Assembly (NCBI RefSeq): GCF_023055435.1
Contig: NW_025964112.1
Coordinates: 23,498,001 to 23,562,000, forward strand
From: Haliotis rufescens
Taxonomy: Eukaryota
Reading direction: 5' to 3'
DNA length: 64,000 nucleotides
The notes beneath the pieces were generated by a model, which did no database searches, was not told where the DNA came from, and saw only the letters and a list, made by a program, of their open reading frames with translations. The first letter of the stretch is position 1. Each line of letters opens with the position of its first letter. This document shows positions 61,760 to 64,000 of this stretch, one piece after another. Made by a program: the position numbers and the translations under genes.

Positions 61760-64000
61760 TGTAGCATGCAGTATCATGTATCTTGCAGTAAAACATGTAG
61801 AATGCAGTAATAGCATGCTGCATGCAGTATCATATGTCTTGCAGTAAAACGTAGAATGCAGTAACATGCTTCATGCAGTATCATATGTCTTGCAGTAAAA
61901 CATGTAGAATGCAGTAACAGCATGTTGCTTGCAGTATCATATGTCTTGCAGTAAAACATGTAGAATGCAGTAACATGTTGCTTGCAGTATCATGTATCTT
62001 CCAGTAAAACATGTAGAATGCAGTAACAGCATGTTGCTTGCAGTATCATGTATCTTGCAGTAAAACATGTAGAATGCAGTAACAGCATGTTGCTTGCAGT
62101 ATCATGTATCTTGCAGTAAAACATGTAGAATGCAGTAACAGCATGTTGCTTGCAGTATCATATGTCTTGCAGTAAAACATCTAGAATGCAGTAACATCAT
62201 GTTGCTTGCAGTATCATATATCTTGCAGTAAAACATGTAGAATGCAGTATCATGTATCTTTGATTAAAACATGTAGAATGCAGTAACATCATGTTGCTTG
62301 CAGTATCATATATCTTGCAGTAAAACATGTAGAATGCAGTATCATGTATCTTTGATTAAAACATGTAGAATGCAGTAACATCATGTTGCTTGCAGTATCA
62401 TATATCTTGCAGTAAAACATGTAGAATGCAGTATCATGTATCTGCAGTAAAACATGTGGAATCCAGTAACATCATGTTGCTTGCAGTATCATATATCTTG
62501 CAGTAAAACATGTAGAATGCAGTAACATCATGTTGCTTGCAGTATCATATATCTCGCAGTAAAACATGTAGAATGCAGTAACAGCATGCTGCATGCAGTA
62601 TCATATGTCTTGCAGTAAAACATGTAGAATGCAGTAACAGCATGTTGCTTGCAGTATCATATATCTTGCAGTAAAACATGTAGAATGCAGTAACAGCATG
62701 TAGAATGCAGTAACAACATGTAGAATTCATTAACAACATGTAGAATGCAGTAACAGCATGCTGCATGCAGTATCATATCTCTTGCAGTAAAACGTAGAAT
62801 GCAGTAACAACATGTAGAATGCAGTAACAGCATGCTGCATGCAGTATCATGTCTTGCAGTAAAACGTAGAATGCAGTAACAACATGTAGAATGCAGTAAC
62901 AACATGTGGAATGCAGTATCAGGTATGTTGCAGTAAAACACGTGGAATGCAGTAACAGCATGTAGAATGCAGTAACAACATGTAGAATGCAGTAACAGCA
63001 TGTAGAATGCAGTAACAGCATGCTGCATGCAGTATCATATGTCTTGCAGTAAAACGTAGAATGCAGTAACAACATGTAGAATGCAGTATCATATGTCTTG
63101 CAGTAAAACGTAGAATGCAGTAACAACATGTAGAATGCAGTAACAGCATGCTGCATGCAGTATCATATGTCTTGCAGTAAAACGTAGAATGCAGTAACAG
63201 CATGTAGAATGCAGTATCAGGTATCTTGCAGTAAAACACGTGGAATGCAGTTACAGCATGGAGAATGCAGTAACAACATGTAGAATGCAGTAACAGCATG
63301 CTGCATGCAGTATCATATGTCTTGCAGTAAAACGTAGAATGCAGTAACAACATGTAGAATGCAGTAACAACATGCTGCATGCAGTATCATGTCTTGCAGT
63401 AAAACGTAGAATGCAGTAACAACATGTAGAATGCAGTAACAGCATGCTGCATGCAGTATCATATGTCTTGCAGTAAAACGTAGAATGCAGTAACAACATG
63501 TAGAATGCAGTAAGAACATGTGGAATGCAGTATCAGGTACCTTGCAGTAAAAAACGTGGAATGCAGTATCATATATCTTGCAGTAAAACATGTAGAATGC
63601 AGTAACATCATGTTGCTTGCAGTATCATATATCTTGCAGTAAAACATGTAGAATGCAGTAACAGCATGCTGCATGCAGTATCATATGTCTTGCAGTAAAA
63701 CATGTAGAATGCAGTAACATCATGGTGCTTGCAGTATCATATATCTTGCAGTAAAACAGGTAGAATCCAGGAAAACATGTAGAATGCAGTAACAACAGGT
63801 AGAATGCAGTAAAACATGTAGAATGCAGTAACAACATGTAGAATGCAGTAACAACATGTAGAATGCAGTAACAGCATGCTGCAAGCAGTATCATGTCTTG
63901 TAGTAAAACGTAGAATGCAGTAACAACATGTAGAATGCAGTAACAGCATGCTGCATGCAGTATCATATGTCTTGCAGTAAAACGTAGAATGCAGTAACAA
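61760..64000. repeat. Composite satellite built from ~18-20-bp TGCAGTA subunits (continues past the window end)
   Basis: catgtagaatgcagtaacaa / catgctgcatgcagtat / catatgtcttgcagtaaaa in variable order. Confidence 0.95.

Noticed and set aside
61774-64000. Many short Cys-rich ORFs
   Set aside because: Satellite translation.

Overview
Eukaryotic, repeat-rich animal DNA; the SINE and satellite content suggests a marine mollusc (inference). Three spliced host genes can be read from GT-AG boundaries. (1) A 4-coding-exon ankyrin-repeat gene (-, 10993-12975, 293 aa). (2) A 6-exon dihydrofolate reductase-like gene (+, 36107-48295, 204 aa) with vertebrate-like intron phases but a remodelled folate-binding pocket. 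(3) A CHST11-like carbohydrate sulfotransferase (+, catalytic exon 58969-60084). Mobile DNA includes a structurally complete DIRS1-type tyrosine-recombinase retrotransposon (1-5056), a decayed Tc1 DD34E transposon, and a CR1/L2-type LINE whose 5' half is inverted (twin-priming geometry, TSD, 2A-like StopGo motif). There are also a Penelope-like relic, three SINE-like families, MITEs and about seven minisatellites, two of which are visibly derived from a SINE. An 896-bp inverted duplication looks like a SINE-driven 3' transduction with a second SINE tail. The long ORFs over the satellites are treated as artefacts. No prokaryote-type system (CRISPR etc.) is supported. The best candidates for new biology are the altered-pocket DHFR and the retrotransposition by-products.
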